64,000 nucleotides of DNA from Candidatus Zhuqueibacterota bacterium (GTDB taxonomy: Bacteria; BS750m-G25), in the NCBI GenBank assembly GCA_016783505.1, contig JADHWK010000001.1, forward strand, positions 1 through 64,000, read 5' to 3'. The translations under genes and the position numbers were made by a program. This document shows positions 20,096 to 30,879 of the stretch, piece after piece. The notes beneath the pieces are model-generated. The model had not been told where the DNA came from. It made no database searches and saw nothing but the letters and a program-made list of their open reading frames with translations. Positions within the stretch are counted from its first letter, which is position 1, and each line of letters begins with the position of its first letter.

Positions 20096-21620
20096 AATAT
20101 ATTTAATATTAATTATTACTTTCTTATTAATTTTATTAGCAATATGTATTAACTTAATAAAATACACACAAAAATACACAGCAGTTTTTAGTGACAGTAC
20201 TCATTATATTTCCCATTCAGCAAAAATGTCCATTTGCCTTCGAGATTGGGATTTTATTAATTTTGCAAAATTGGTCGGTCTTTTTAAGAAAAGTCCCATA
20301 TATGTGATGTATCTATCGTTTTTTTTTAGGATATTTGGTGTTTCAATTTTGAATGCCAGAATAGCCTCATTTATATTATTACCGTTGTTACTTGTTTTAT
20401 TCTATTTTTCTACTCAGTTTTATTTAAAAGAAAAATTGTTTAGCTTATTAGGAGTTTACATTTTGTTAGGCTCAAAGGTTATCCTTAATTATTCAATTAG
20501 ACCTATGCCTTTTATGCTTTCTTTAGTCATAGGTATGGTGGCAGTAATTACATTTCAAGTTTTTTTGAAAAAGAGAAATATCAAATATGGAGTTATCTTT
20601 GGTGTTTTATTAGCACTATTATTCCTAACCAGATTACAGGTTTTTGTGTTTATTTTCTCTGGGACTTTGTTTACTTTTTTTATAATGTGGAAAAAAAAGA
20701 AAATCGTGTTTAAAGAAATTTTTTACATAATATTCCCTATTATAGTAACATCAGTAATATGGGGAATAATTGGTTTTTTTGGTTATATTTATCATTATGG
20801 AGTTGATTATATGGATATTGTAGGTTCAAGATGGACTTTAGACAACCTATTCTATTACCCAATGAGTATTTACAAGGAGTTTATTTCTTTCAAATTATTA
20901 ATAATTGCCTTAGTTCCTTTATTTATCTTCTCGTTAGTAAAAGAATTAAAATCAGAATTTGTAATTTTTCTATCCTCTGGCTTATTATTTGGAACTTTGC
21001 TTTTAACCTATCATACTTTAAATACCCCATTTGTTTATGCATTCTATTTCATTGTAATTGTTTTTATTGCAATAATAGGATTGCAAAAATTATCAGTTTA
21101 TAATTCTAAAATAATAAAATATTTTTTCATTATAGTTATTGCTGCTACAATTCTAAATCCGATTTTTGCTTTAAATAAAATAAAAGTTGCATCCCCGAAG
21201 GGTTTAGATAAACCGTTAGAAAATTGCTATGTTTTTTTTAAGAATCATGAACAAGACAATGTATATTTTATGGGATCATCGGGTTGGTTTTATTATAATA
21301 ATCTTAACTTATATAATATCATCAATAATATTAAGAAAAAGTATCCAGAAATCAAGGAATTAAACAGAATATTTCCATTTCGTTTTTTCCCAAAGAGAAT
21401 AAAAACTGAAGCAAATTATCTCATTCGGATAGTTTATTATCAGAATAGTACAGCTTTAGCTACTGGGTATGGAGAACATATCGGCTCTTTTCTACCAATA
21501 CAGTTGCAAAACGTTGATAAAGAAATTGGGGTTTTTAATTTTATAAGAAATTCAATCACAGAAATTGATAGAATTGACTATCCTGATGCTGAATTAACTA
21601 TTTATTTTTACAAAACTTAA
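20085..21620 (+). CDS. GT-C (ArnT/PMT-like) membrane protein
   Basis: DSTHY loop, P.Y...FFRIFGVS...ARI, LLFLTR; about 11 TM helices and a soluble tail. Confidence 0.6.
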   Translation: MKDKIYLILIITFLLILLAICINLIKYTQKYTAVFSDSTHYISHSAKMSICLRDWDFINFAKLVGLFKKSPIYVMYLSFFFRIFGVSILNARIASFILLPLLLVLFYFSTQFYLKEKLFSLLGVYILLGSKVILNYSIRPMPFMLSLVIGMVAVITFQVFLKKRNIKYGVIFGVLLALLFLTRLQVFVFIFSGTLFTFFIMWKKKKIVFKEIFYIIFPIIVTSVIWGIIGFFGYIYHYGVDYMDIVGSRWTLDNLFYYPMSIYKEFISFKLLIIALVPLFIFSLVKELKSEFVIFLSSGLLFGTLLLTYHTLNTPFVYAFYFIVIVFIAIIGLQKLSVYNSKIIKYFFIIVIAATILNPIFALNKIKVASPKGLDKPLENCYVFFKNHEQDNVYFMGSSGWFYYNNLNLYNIINNIKKKYPEIKELNRIFPFRFFPKRIKTEANYLIRIVYYQNSTALATGYGEHIGSFLPIQLQNVDKEIGVFNFIRNSITEIDRIDYPDAELTIYFYKT

Positions 21621-21621
21621 G

Positions 21622-22914
21622 ATGATAAAAATTCCATTTTACTTACTTCTCTTTTGGGAATACACAAAAGCTTTTTGGAGTGATCCATCTTATATAGTAT
21701 TTGTAAAGTATCCTGGATATTTTAATTATATAGATGAAGTTTTAACATTGATTCTTCTTTTTAATCTAATATACCACAAGAAACTACATATATTTTTTAA
21801 TAAATTTCCTATCCAGAAAGAACTATTGTTATTCATATATGTAACTATACTTTCTTCGGTAATAAATTATGTGGGGTTTAGGGCTTTTTTTTCCTTTACA
21901 AGTGCATTTATTAAACCTTTTATATTATTTGCATATATAATGATATATATGAAAAATTTCAGAAAAAATATCTATAAATATATTATATTTTTCGGAATGA
22001 TTCAGATTCCAATCTTAATACCCCAGTTTATAATGAATAGATATTTGAGGCCAGATTGGTTGACAGATTTTGCACATGGGACATTTACTAACGCTCATCT
22101 TGAAGGGGCTTATATTACATTTTGTATTATTATATTAATATGTCATTATTTTTATGGAAAAAAGATTTTTAATAATGATACAAAAAAAAGGCAGTTACTT
22201 TTATTGTTTTTGTTTTTTGGTGTTCTAGTAGTAACAGAGACAAAACATATTTGGATATTAATGCCAATAATCATGATTTCTGTTTTTCTAATGTTAAGGG
22301 TTAAGAACAAAACTAATATTATGATTGGAATGATAATTACTTTTTTGCTTTTTGTGTTTGGCCTGAAGACTTTTTGGCCAAGTCCTTATAATTATTTGAT
22401 TGGATATAAAAATAAAAATTTTTCAGAGATTGGTAAAATTCAAGGTTTATATACAATATCGAATACAATAAATAGTTCTAATAATCCAGTTTTAGGTGTG
22501 GGTCCTAGTATGTTTATAACTGGGGATGCAGATAAGAGAAGGGTGCAATTATTCGAAAAAATTTTTTATAAAAGTAAATATGTAAAAAGTAAGTTTTATA
22601 CGAGTGAATATGGTATGTTGTCAGATTTACTCGGGATTTGGGTAGAGATAGGTTATTTGGGAATAATTACTTTTTTGTTATTATATTTTAAAACATTTAG
22701 AATTATTAAAATGAAAAAAACGAATAAATATAACCTTGAATATACAATTGTTATAGTATCATTAATTTATCTGTTCAGTGCAGACTTTATGCATAGATAC
22801 ATTTCCGTATCAATTGCAGTTTATACTTGTTGGATGACAATTGCATATTATATTGATAAGGTATTAGTATCTAAAAATTTAAAATATGATAAAACAATTC
22901 AAGAAGAAATTTGA
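21622..22914 (+). CDS. Wzy/O-antigen-ligase-like polytopic membrane protein
   Basis: GTF..AH, PVLGVGPS, EIGYLGII motifs. Confidence 0.6.
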   Translation: MIKIPFYLLLFWEYTKAFWSDPSYIVFVKYPGYFNYIDEVLTLILLFNLIYHKKLHIFFNKFPIQKELLLFIYVTILSSVINYVGFRAFFSFTSAFIKPFILFAYIMIYMKNFRKNIYKYIIFFGMIQIPILIPQFIMNRYLRPDWLTDFAHGTFTNAHLEGAYITFCIIILICHYFYGKKIFNNDTKKRQLLLLFLFFGVLVVTETKHIWILMPIIMISVFLMLRVKNKTNIMIGMIITFLLFVFGLKTFWPSPYNYLIGYKNKNFSEIGKIQGLYTISNTINSSNNPVLGVGPSMFITGDADKRRVQLFEKIFYKSKYVKSKFYTSEYGMLSDLLGIWVEIGYLGIITFLLLYFKTFRIIKMKKTNKYNLEYTIVIVSLIYLFSADFMHRYISVSIAVYTCWMTIAYYIDKVLVSKNLKYDKTIQEEI

Positions 22915-24244
22915 TTTATTTTTTGATAAAATATTAATAATTTCACAAAAAAGAGTAATAAAACACACTTTTATATATGTTATATCCGTAATATTAGGAA
23001 AAGCTGTAAATATATTTCTTTTACCTATATATACAAGAATACTAAGTCCTTCACAATATGGTAAGCTTGATTTAATATTTGTAATTTTATCAGGTCTGGT
23101 TTTATTAGCAAGTCTTCAATTAGAATCAGCATTGGCCAGATATTTTACGAGTTATAAAAACATTGAGGAAAGAAAAAAATTTAATTCTACGTTAATATAT
23201 ATTATACTTTTTTTGGGTTTTTTTGTATCAATTTTTATTGTTATCGCAATTTACAAAAATATTATTCATATTAGTATATTAGAAGATGTCAAATATTCTT
23301 TATATATAATTATTTTAACGTTAACTCCTAGAATTATATTGGACCAGTTTTTATATATATTAAGGTTAGAAAAAAATGTTAAAAAATTTGCAATTGTCAA
23401 TACACTAAATCTCTTGTGTACAGCATTACTTTCCATTGTATTAGTAATAGGATTTAAGCTTGGTATACTTGGTATAGTTTCTGCCCAATTTATAAGCACT
23501 TTAGCCTTTGCAATTATTACATTTATACTTGTAAGAAAGTATTATGTTTTAAAATTCAATGTTAATTTATTGAAAAAGAGTTTGAGGTACAGTATTCCTT
23601 TAATGCCCGCTGTTATTTTAAGTTGGTTCCGATTTTCAGTTTGGCGGTTCTTAATAATAGATAAGTTTGGTACAGAAGGATTGGGAATGTTTGCTGTGGC
23701 ATTCAGACTAAGTATGTTCGCACAGATTTTAGTGGAAGCAATAAAGTTAACCTGGTTCCCTTATATTTTTGGTTTTGAGATAAGTAAAGCGAAAAAAGTA
23801 ACGATTGATGCCTTTAGGATATTATCAATTGGTGGTGGGTTAATGTCTATTGCTATTGTTTTGTCTTCTCCGTTATTAGTAAAGATTTTTACGGGACCTG
23901 GATATGAGAAATCTGTAGATATTTTAAGAATAATGGCATTTGTCCCTATGGCAAATATTCTACTTTCTACTGCAGCAACAACTTCATGTTTAATGGAAAG
24001 AACTTTTCATAACAGTATAAGCAATTTTATAGGTATAACTTTTGGTGTTATATTATTTTATTTTATATTTCCAAAGAGTATGGGATTAATATCTGCACCA
24101 CTTGCTCAATTGATTTCATTATGGATAAGTATTATATATATAAATTTAGTTTCTAAATATATTTTTAAAATAAAATTAAATGCCGAAAAAGTTGCAATCA
24201 TAGTTGCATTAGTTACAACGGTAGTATTAGTTGTATTTATGTAG
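22886..24244 (+). CDS. wzx: Wzx-type oligosaccharide flippase
   Basis: FLLPIYTRILSPSQYG, LRYSIPL, GMFAVAFR. Confidence 0.85.
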   Translation: MIKQFKKKFDLFFDKILIISQKRVIKHTFIYVISVILGKAVNIFLLPIYTRILSPSQYGKLDLIFVILSGLVLLASLQLESALARYFTSYKNIEERKKFNSTLIYIILFLGFFVSIFIVIAIYKNIIHISILEDVKYSLYIIILTLTPRIILDQFLYILRLEKNVKKFAIVNTLNLLCTALLSIVLVIGFKLGILGIVSAQFISTLAFAIITFILVRKYYVLKFNVNLLKKSLRYSIPLMPAVILSWFRFSVWRFLIIDKFGTEGLGMFAVAFRLSMFAQILVEAIKLTWFPYIFGFEISKAKKVTIDAFRILSIGGGLMSIAIVLSSPLLVKIFTGPGYEKSVDILRIMAFVPMANILLSTAATTSCLMERTFHNSISNFIGITFGVILFYFIFPKSMGLISAPLAQLISLWISIIYINLVSKYIFKIKLNAEKVAIIVALVTTVVLVVFM

Positions 24245-24339
24245 TGCTTTGTATATTTTCATTTTTAGTTTTTAGGAGGGAGTTTCGCCAGTTAGTGAAG
24301 ATGTTTGAAGTAGAATCCATTGTGTACGCATCTTAGGAC

Positions 24340-24390
24340 AATATCCTCAGACAGCATCCTGAATCTAATGGAATGATTGAACGTTTTCAA
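24340..24390 (+). mobile_element. Tiny IS3/IS481-like integrase-core remnant
   Basis: Translates RQHPESNGMIERFQ (PxxNGxxERF rve motif); no surrounding ORF. Confidence 0.5.
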
Positions 24391-24498
24391 TATCAATCTT
24401 GTTTGTGGTATGGTTAGGACTTTATTTATACAACTTGAATTATAAAAGGATAAATTTGGAACAGAAAAATGGAATCCTTTTAAGGAATTGATTTAAAG

Positions 24499-25275
24499 AT
24501 GGTCAAAGAGTTTCAATACGATCTTCATTGTCATTCTAATTTTTCATTTGATTGTAATACAAAAATAGAAGATTTAATAAAAAACGCAATTAAAGTTGGA
24601 TTAAGTGGGATTGCAATCACAGATCATGATACAATCGAGGGTGTAATCGAAACTCAGAAACTCGGAGCGCCAATTAAAATTATTCCAGGAATAGAAAAAA
24701 CTTTGGATGATGGTTCACATATTATTGGTTTGTTTGTTAAAAAGGAAATTAAGTCTAAATGCCTTTTCGAAGTTATCTCAGAGATTCGAGGGCAAGGTGG
24801 ACGGGTAATTATACCTCACCCCTTTAAAGAATACACTGGATTGTTTAGATCGGAAATGAAAAGAACAGAGGAATTCAAACAATATGTGCTAACCCTTGTT
24901 GATGGAATTGAAATATATAATGCGAAGTATTCATTTTCTAATAATCAATTGATGAAGGGAATTGTATTACCTAATAGATTACCAAGATTAGCAGTAAGTG
25001 ATAGCCATTATTCCTTTACAGTGGGTAGAGGAAGAACAGGATTTAGTAATGAAATTACTAATAATAGATTACCTAAAAATGATTCCATCTATATTGAAAC
25101 GAGATCCAAAAGCACATCTAACCAATCAGGAAAGCCCAAAAAAGAAATGGCTATGATCAAATACGTCAAAATTATTGCAAAAATGATCAGGTTATATCCA
25201 TTTCTGAAAAAACTAAAAATAAACTACTTAGAACATAAAAATTATAGGTTAAAGATGAAAAGGATAGAGTTATGA
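24499..25275 (+). CDS. PHP-domain phosphoesterase
   Basis: DLHCHS, ITDHD, PGIE, PHP, SDSH. Confidence 0.88.
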   Translation: MVKEFQYDLHCHSNFSFDCNTKIEDLIKNAIKVGLSGIAITDHDTIEGVIETQKLGAPIKIIPGIEKTLDDGSHIIGLFVKKEIKSKCLFEVISEIRGQGGRVIIPHPFKEYTGLFRSEMKRTEEFKQYVLTLVDGIEIYNAKYSFSNNQLMKGIVLPNRLPRLAVSDSHYSFTVGRGRTGFSNEITNNRLPKNDSIYIETRSKSTSNQSGKPKKEMAMIKYVKIIAKMIRLYPFLKKLKINYLEHKNYRLKMKRIEL

Positions 25276-26348
25276 TACCAAACAACTTCATTCAAAATAT
25301 AGCTCCTTATAATTCCCGTAGGCCTGATGTTGTTGCTTATGACAAAAGGGATAATAACGTTTTAAAATTGGATTGGAATGAATGTATAGTGGCTCCTTCT
25401 CCTAAAGTGATTAATTCGATTTTGTCTTTTGTGCGCATGAAGAATGCATTGAATTGGTATCCAGATGTGGAAGCCAAAGCTTTGAAAGAAGGACTGTCCA
25501 GATATGTAGCATTACCAACAAACTTTATCGAGGTTTTTAACGGCTCTGACGCAGCGTTAGAATATATAACGAGGGTGTATTTAAATCAAGATTCGGATGT
25601 AATAACACCTTTTCCCTATTATGACAATTTTAGAATATATGTCCTGAGTTGCGGAGCAAAAATCGAGATAATTAAATTTGATGATCCTTTCAAGGTTGAA
25701 CTTGACAAGATTACTAAGGCTATATCCACCAAGACTAAATTGATTTACATAATAAATCCCAACAACCCTACTGGTGTTTTTATAAATCCTGAGGAACTAA
25801 AAGAAATAATCTTTTTACATAGAAATACGCTGTTTGTTATTGATGAAGCTTATTATGAATTTTGTGGAAAAACCACTGCGTCTTTCGTAACGACATTTAA
25901 TAACTTAATTGTAGTAAGGACGTTTTCGAAAGCTTTTGGGCTTGCGGGGGCGCGATGTGGGTATATTATTTCACAACCCGAAAATATAAAAGCTATTAAT
26001 AAAATAAGGGTTGGAAAAAGTGTGAACAGCATAGCACAGGTGGCGGCACTTGCTGCCTTGAGAGACATTGATTACATGAAACGCTATGTAAATGAGGTCA
26101 AGAAAAGTAAAAAATTTGTTGTAAATTATTTGAAACAGAAAGGTTATAAATGTGTGGATTCTCATGCTAATTTTGTACTTTTAAGAGTAGATAATCCTTC
26201 AAAAATCGTTCAATTACTCGAACGAAAAGACGTTTATGTCAGAAGTCGGGATACAATATCCCAAATGAAAGGTTTTATTAGAATCACGATTGGCACATTG
26301 GAAATTGCTAAGAGATTATGTTCAATTCTAAATTCTATATTGAATTAA
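25272..26348 (+). CDS. HisC/CobD-like PLP-dependent aminotransferase
   Basis: KLDWNE, NPNNPTG, DEAY, RTFSKAFGLAGARCG. Confidence 0.88.
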   Translation: MIPNNFIQNIAPYNSRRPDVVAYDKRDNNVLKLDWNECIVAPSPKVINSILSFVRMKNALNWYPDVEAKALKEGLSRYVALPTNFIEVFNGSDAALEYITRVYLNQDSDVITPFPYYDNFRIYVLSCGAKIEIIKFDDPFKVELDKITKAISTKTKLIYIINPNNPTGVFINPEELKEIIFLHRNTLFVIDEAYYEFCGKTTASFVTTFNNLIVVRTFSKAFGLAGARCGYIISQPENIKAINKIRVGKSVNSIAQVAALAALRDIDYMKRYVNEVKKSKKFVVNYLKQKGYKCVDSHANFVLLRVDNPSKIVQLLERKDVYVRSRDTISQMKGFIRITIGTLEIAKRLCSILNSILN

Positions 26349-26355
26349 GTAATTT

Positions 26356-28182
26356 ATGTTTGCCATAATAAAATTTTCAAAAAGTCATTTAGTAAAGCAG
26401 TTAAATTACCCCAATAACATCAAAGTGATAGGTAAATGTTCTGGAAATAAATCAACCTTTACGATTTTTGAAGATGGAAGTTTTGTATATCCAATAATCA
26501 AAACAAGTTCTGATAATCTTAATTATTCGGTTTTTTTGGGTAAAATCTATAACATTGGTTCGCAAGTCATAAATAGCAACTCTGATATTATAAGGATCTT
26601 ACTAGAACATTTAGAAAAATATGGTTCTAAGGGTATGTCAAAGGTAAATGGCAGTTACATATTCATGGTATATGATTTCGGATCTGATTATTTAAAATTG
26701 TATAATGACCGCTATTCGAGCATACTTCTATATTATTTTTGGTCCAATGATTTTTTAATTATTTCAAATACTATAAAATCTATAATAAATATGAGTTCTC
26801 TCGATTTTACTTTAAACTCATTATATATTACAGATATGTTGACTTATAATTACGTACTTGGTACAAACACACCTTTCAAGGAAATAAAATGCCTACCAGC
26901 TGCAAGTCACCTAAAAGCTTCAAAGGGTAAGCTTTTTATTTTGAAATATTGGGATTTCAATTATGGAAAACTTAAGGGAATTGATTATATAGAAACAAGA
27001 GAAGCAATTGGAGAAAAATTTGTAACCGCTATATCGCGTCGTATTTCGTCTAATGATCAAATAATTTTGCCTTTATCAGGGGGGCTAGACTCACGGGCTA
27101 TTTTGGGTGGATTGCTTGAGAATATTAATGCAGATCGGATATTAACTTTCACATTTGGTGCGAGAAACAGTTATGAACAAATTTTTGCTAAGAAAGTAGC
27201 AAAGAAAGTAGGTGTAAAACATATTCCTCTACCCTTTGATTTAAGAAAGCCGTTGACAATTATTAAGGATATATTTAATAATAATGAAGGAATGTATAAA
27301 ATTTTACCAGATTTTCCTTCTTTTCAATATCAACAACTTCAAAAATATGGCCAATTAATTTTTAGTGGTTATCTTGGGGATCCTTTGATGGGATCTCATA
27401 TTGATCCTTCAATTGTTGGAAATCATAAAGAGCCTAAAGATTTGCAGGATTATGTAAAATGTGTTTTTTCTCGAATTAATAAAAATCCTTGGGATATCGT
27501 TAAACATTCATCTCCAAAAATGTTAAAAAATATTAATCCAATGTTTACATTATATGAGTCATTGCGTGAAAATAAAAATGAGAATCTTATTCATTTCTAT
27601 GAAAATTGGTATTGGCACTGTCATTCTTATAAAAGAACATATTTTGCAGTATTAGTATTTAGAAATCTATTTATTTATGTTACACCTTTTCTTGATAATG
27701 AACTCTTGGATTTTGTTTTTGATTTGCCTTTAGTATACAGAGTTAATCAGCGTATTTACAAGGATATGTTGATCCACAGATATGGATATTTGTTTGATGA
27801 TATGCCAGTAAAAGGGAATGTCTTCCACTTAAAGAAGTATTACATTAAAGAAAAGTATGATAAGGTTTTGGCGAAATTAAATGTGGTATCAGAAAAGTAT
27901 TTCAATAAGAGTTTCTATCCTCAGCCTAGTAATAATTATGTTTCCTACAGGTACCTATTTAAATTGGAAAAAGGCTCATATTGGTCTCTTCTAGATAGTG
28001 CAAAGAAATATTTATCTGAAAAAGATCTTTTAGATGAAGGGTATTTGAATAATATTATGAAGTTCCATAGCAGTTATAAGAAAGATTTCAATTTACTGTT
28101 CCAAGCAATTATTACCTTGGCGTTTTTACTCAAAAATGTTAGGGTAGGGGTGAAAGAAGTTTTTAACTCTTTCGAAGAATAG
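26356..28182 (+). CDS. Asparagine-synthase-like ATP-dependent amide synthetase lacking the N-terminal Cys
   Basis: PLSGGLDSR PP-loop, SGYLGD, TPFLD; N-terminus is MFAIIK, not MCG. Confidence 0.8.
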   Translation: MFAIIKFSKSHLVKQLNYPNNIKVIGKCSGNKSTFTIFEDGSFVYPIIKTSSDNLNYSVFLGKIYNIGSQVINSNSDIIRILLEHLEKYGSKGMSKVNGSYIFMVYDFGSDYLKLYNDRYSSILLYYFWSNDFLIISNTIKSIINMSSLDFTLNSLYITDMLTYNYVLGTNTPFKEIKCLPAASHLKASKGKLFILKYWDFNYGKLKGIDYIETREAIGEKFVTAISRRISSNDQIILPLSGGLDSRAILGGLLENINADRILTFTFGARNSYEQIFAKKVAKKVGVKHIPLPFDLRKPLTIIKDIFNNNEGMYKILPDFPSFQYQQLQKYGQLIFSGYLGDPLMGSHIDPSIVGNHKEPKDLQDYVKCVFSRINKNPWDIVKHSSPKMLKNINPMFTLYESLRENKNENLIHFYENWYWHCHSYKRTYFAVLVFRNLFIYVTPFLDNELLDFVFDLPLVYRVNQRIYKDMLIHRYGYLFDDMPVKGNVFHLKKYYIKEKYDKVLAKLNVVSEKYFNKSFYPQPSNNYVSYRYLFKLEKGSYWSLLDSAKKYLSEKDLLDEGYLNNIMKFHSSYKKDFNLLFQAIITLAFLLKNVRVGVKEVFNSFEE

Positions 28183-28583
28183 TTTCTATGGAGGTTAACG
28201 AATTTTCATGCTAGGTGGAAACATAGACTTAGAATAGGTACCATAGGTGTGATTAATCCTGATTACCGACGTAGACATTCAGGGAATCCTTATGACTACT
28301 GGATTGCTCATAATACAAGATTGAGAGTTTAGCTAGTAGAGGAACTCAAAAATTTTAGGGTACCGGATTGCTTTTGATTGATAGGGTAAAGTTCAATAAA
28401 TTCTTTAATGAATTTTATGTCCATCCTCCTCGGTTCCCAAACTACGAGAGGTATTTGTTTCATTCACTGCCTATTAAAAAATTGTTTGGCTTTTAGGGAA
28501 AATATATTCATGTCTAATGGAAATAATCAAATAAATGAGAAAGCAAATGCTCAGCAATCTAAATAATTCCTGATAGTTATCTA

Positions 28584-29729
28584 ATGGCTAATAATTTCCT
28601 TATTAAAAATTTATTTTATATAAGTAGAGCAAAGATTCCATCAACAACAGCAAATAGTATTCAGGTAATGAAAATGTGTAATGCTTTTTCAAAAATTGGC
28701 TTGAATGTAGTTTTATTTGTAGAAAGTCAAAAAAAGTTAGGAAAACAATTAAATGATGTTTTTAATTTTTATGGGGTTAATAATAATTTTAAAATAATAA
28801 AATTAAAAAAAATGAAAATAAAAGGTCATACCCATATTTATGTATTATATATTTTAGCAAAAATTTTTAATGAAAAAGAAAGTTTGGTATATAGTAGGGA
28901 TTTATTTGGATGTTTCTATTCTACATTATGTGGAATGGATACTATGCTAGAATCACATACTCCTGTCTTTTATTACCAAAGCAAGTTAGCTAAGCTATTA
29001 TTTAAAATCCTAATTAATAGGAAAAACTTTAAAAAATTAATAGTAATATCAGAAGCATTAAAAAATTATTATATTCAAAACTTTCCAGAATTAACAGATA
29101 AAATTTTGGTTGCTCATGATGGAGCTGACGTTTCAAAGAATATAAAAAATATAGGGCGAAAAAAAGATTGGCCTGGGAGAAATGATGCTTTAAAAATTGG
29201 ATATATGGGTCACCTATATAATGGTAAAGGTATAGAAATTATCTCTAAATTGTGTAAGATATTGCCTGAGTTTGATTTCCACATAATTGGTGGGACAGAA
29301 GAAGATATTAATCATTGGAAGAAAAAAGTAATTGGTAAGAATATTTTGTTTCACGGTTTTATTCCTCCAAATAAACTTGAAATATATCGTCAAAAGTTTG
29401 ATATTTTGCTTGCCCCGTATCAAATGAGAGTTTGTGGAGTAGGAAAAGGTGGTGATATAGGAAACTGGATGTCTCCTCTAAAGATTTTCGAATACATGTC
29501 CTCTGGGGTTCCAATAATTGCTTCAGATTTAACTGTATTAAGAGAAGTGCTGCAAGACGAATTCAATGCTCTATTAGTACCTCCTGATGATATTAATAAA
29601 TGGAAAGATGCAATATTGAGGTTGAGAAATGACCCTGATCTTTCTTGCAGAATTGCTAAAAATGCTAAAGCAGAGTTTAATAAAAAATATACATGGGAGA
29701 AAAGAGCTAGAATAATTTTAAATTATTAA
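28584..29729 (+). CDS. Glycosyltransferase family 4
   Basis: ANSIQVMKMC, SPLKIFEYM. Confidence 0.9.
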   Translation: MANNFLIKNLFYISRAKIPSTTANSIQVMKMCNAFSKIGLNVVLFVESQKKLGKQLNDVFNFYGVNNNFKIIKLKKMKIKGHTHIYVLYILAKIFNEKESLVYSRDLFGCFYSTLCGMDTMLESHTPVFYYQSKLAKLLFKILINRKNFKKLIVISEALKNYYIQNFPELTDKILVAHDGADVSKNIKNIGRKKDWPGRNDALKIGYMGHLYNGKGIEIISKLCKILPEFDFHIIGGTEEDINHWKKKVIGKNILFHGFIPPNKLEIYRQKFDILLAPYQMRVCGVGKGGDIGNWMSPLKIFEYMSSGVPIIASDLTVLREVLQDEFNALLVPPDDINKWKDAILRLRNDPDLSCRIAKNAKAEFNKKYTWEKRARIILNY

Positions 29730-29766
29730 GCTATTATTTTTGAAGAATAAAGCAGTTTAACGAGTT

Positions 29767-30879
29767 TTGATTGGAACAAAAGTGATAAAAATATTAATGG
29801 TTATAGATAGTCTCCGTGCTGGAGGCAAAGAAAGGCAGTTAATCGAATTATCGAAGGGATTAAGATATAAGAAAGAAATTAAATATGAATTAGCTGTAAT
29901 GTCAGATAAAATTCATTATACTGAAGCTTGGGAAACAAGTAATAAAATCTATTTTCTAATCAGAAAAGTTAAAAAAGATCCAATAATATTTTTCAAATTA
30001 TTAAAGATCTGTAAAGAGTTTAAACCCAATATTATCCAAACTTGGGATTCTATGACATCCATATATGCTCTACCTGTTGCAAAATTCTTAGGTATAAAAT
30101 TAATAAACTTTATGATTCGTGATGCACCATCTCAACTGCATTTTTTTGATAAATCTAGGATAAGATCAAAACTAACTTTTCCATTTTCAGATATAATTGT
30201 ATCTAATTCTTATGCGGGTCTTCAATCTTATGAAGCCCCAACAAATAAGAGTATTTGCATTCATAATGGCTTTGATTTTAGTAGAATTGAAAATCTTTTA
30301 CCAAAAAAAATAATTAAAGAGAAATTTGGTATAAAGAATGAAAAAGTTATAGGAATGGTAGCATCTTTTTCTGAAAATAAAGATTATAAAACCTATTTTA
30401 AGTCTGCAGAAAATATATTAAGTAAAAATGATAAAGTGATATTTTTATCAATAGGAGATGGACCAAATCTTAAAAGATGTCAAAATATGGTAAATGTTAA
30501 ATTTAAAGATAAAATTAAATTTCTACGAAAACAAAAAAATATAGAATCAATTGTTAATATTTTTGATATTGGAGTTCTTGCTACTTTTACGGAAGGAATA
30601 CCTAATTCAATAATGGAGTATATGGCTTTAGGTAAACCTGTTGTTGCAACTAACGGCGGAGGAATAAACGAATTGGTAGTTGATGGTGTTACTGGGTTTT
30701 TGGTTGAATCCGAAAATATTTATGAGATGGTGGAAAAGATAGAATTTTTACTAAAAAATGAAAATGTTGCAAGGTCTATGGGAAATAAAGGTAAAGAAAG
30801 GCTGATTAAAGAATTTGATCTAGATAGAATGACAGATAAATTTATAACTCTGTACCAAAAATTGTTAATCAGTAAATGA
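29767..30879 (+). CDS. Glycosyltransferase family 4
   Basis: GGKERQ, EGIPNSIMEYMALGKPVV. Confidence 0.9.
   Translation: MIGTKVIKILMVIDSLRAGGKERQLIELSKGLRYKKEIKYELAVMSDKIHYTEAWETSNKIYFLIRKVKKDPIIFFKLLKICKEFKPNIIQTWDSMTSIYALPVAKFLGIKLINFMIRDAPSQLHFFDKSRIRSKLTFPFSDIIVSNSYAGLQSYEAPTNKSICIHNGFDFSRIENLLPKKIIKEKFGIKNEKVIGMVASFSENKDYKTYFKSAENILSKNDKVIFLSIGDGPNLKRCQNMVNVKFKDKIKFLRKQKNIESIVNIFDIGVLATFTEGIPNSIMEYMALGKPVVATNGGGINELVVDGVTGFLVESENIYEMVEKIEFLLKNENVARSMGNKGKERLIKEFDLDRMTDKFITLYQKLLISK

Noticed and set aside
24499-26348. Histidine biosynthesis genes (hisK/hisC)
   Set aside because: No other his genes nearby; AT-rich and embedded in the glycan locus, so a tailoring role is more likely.
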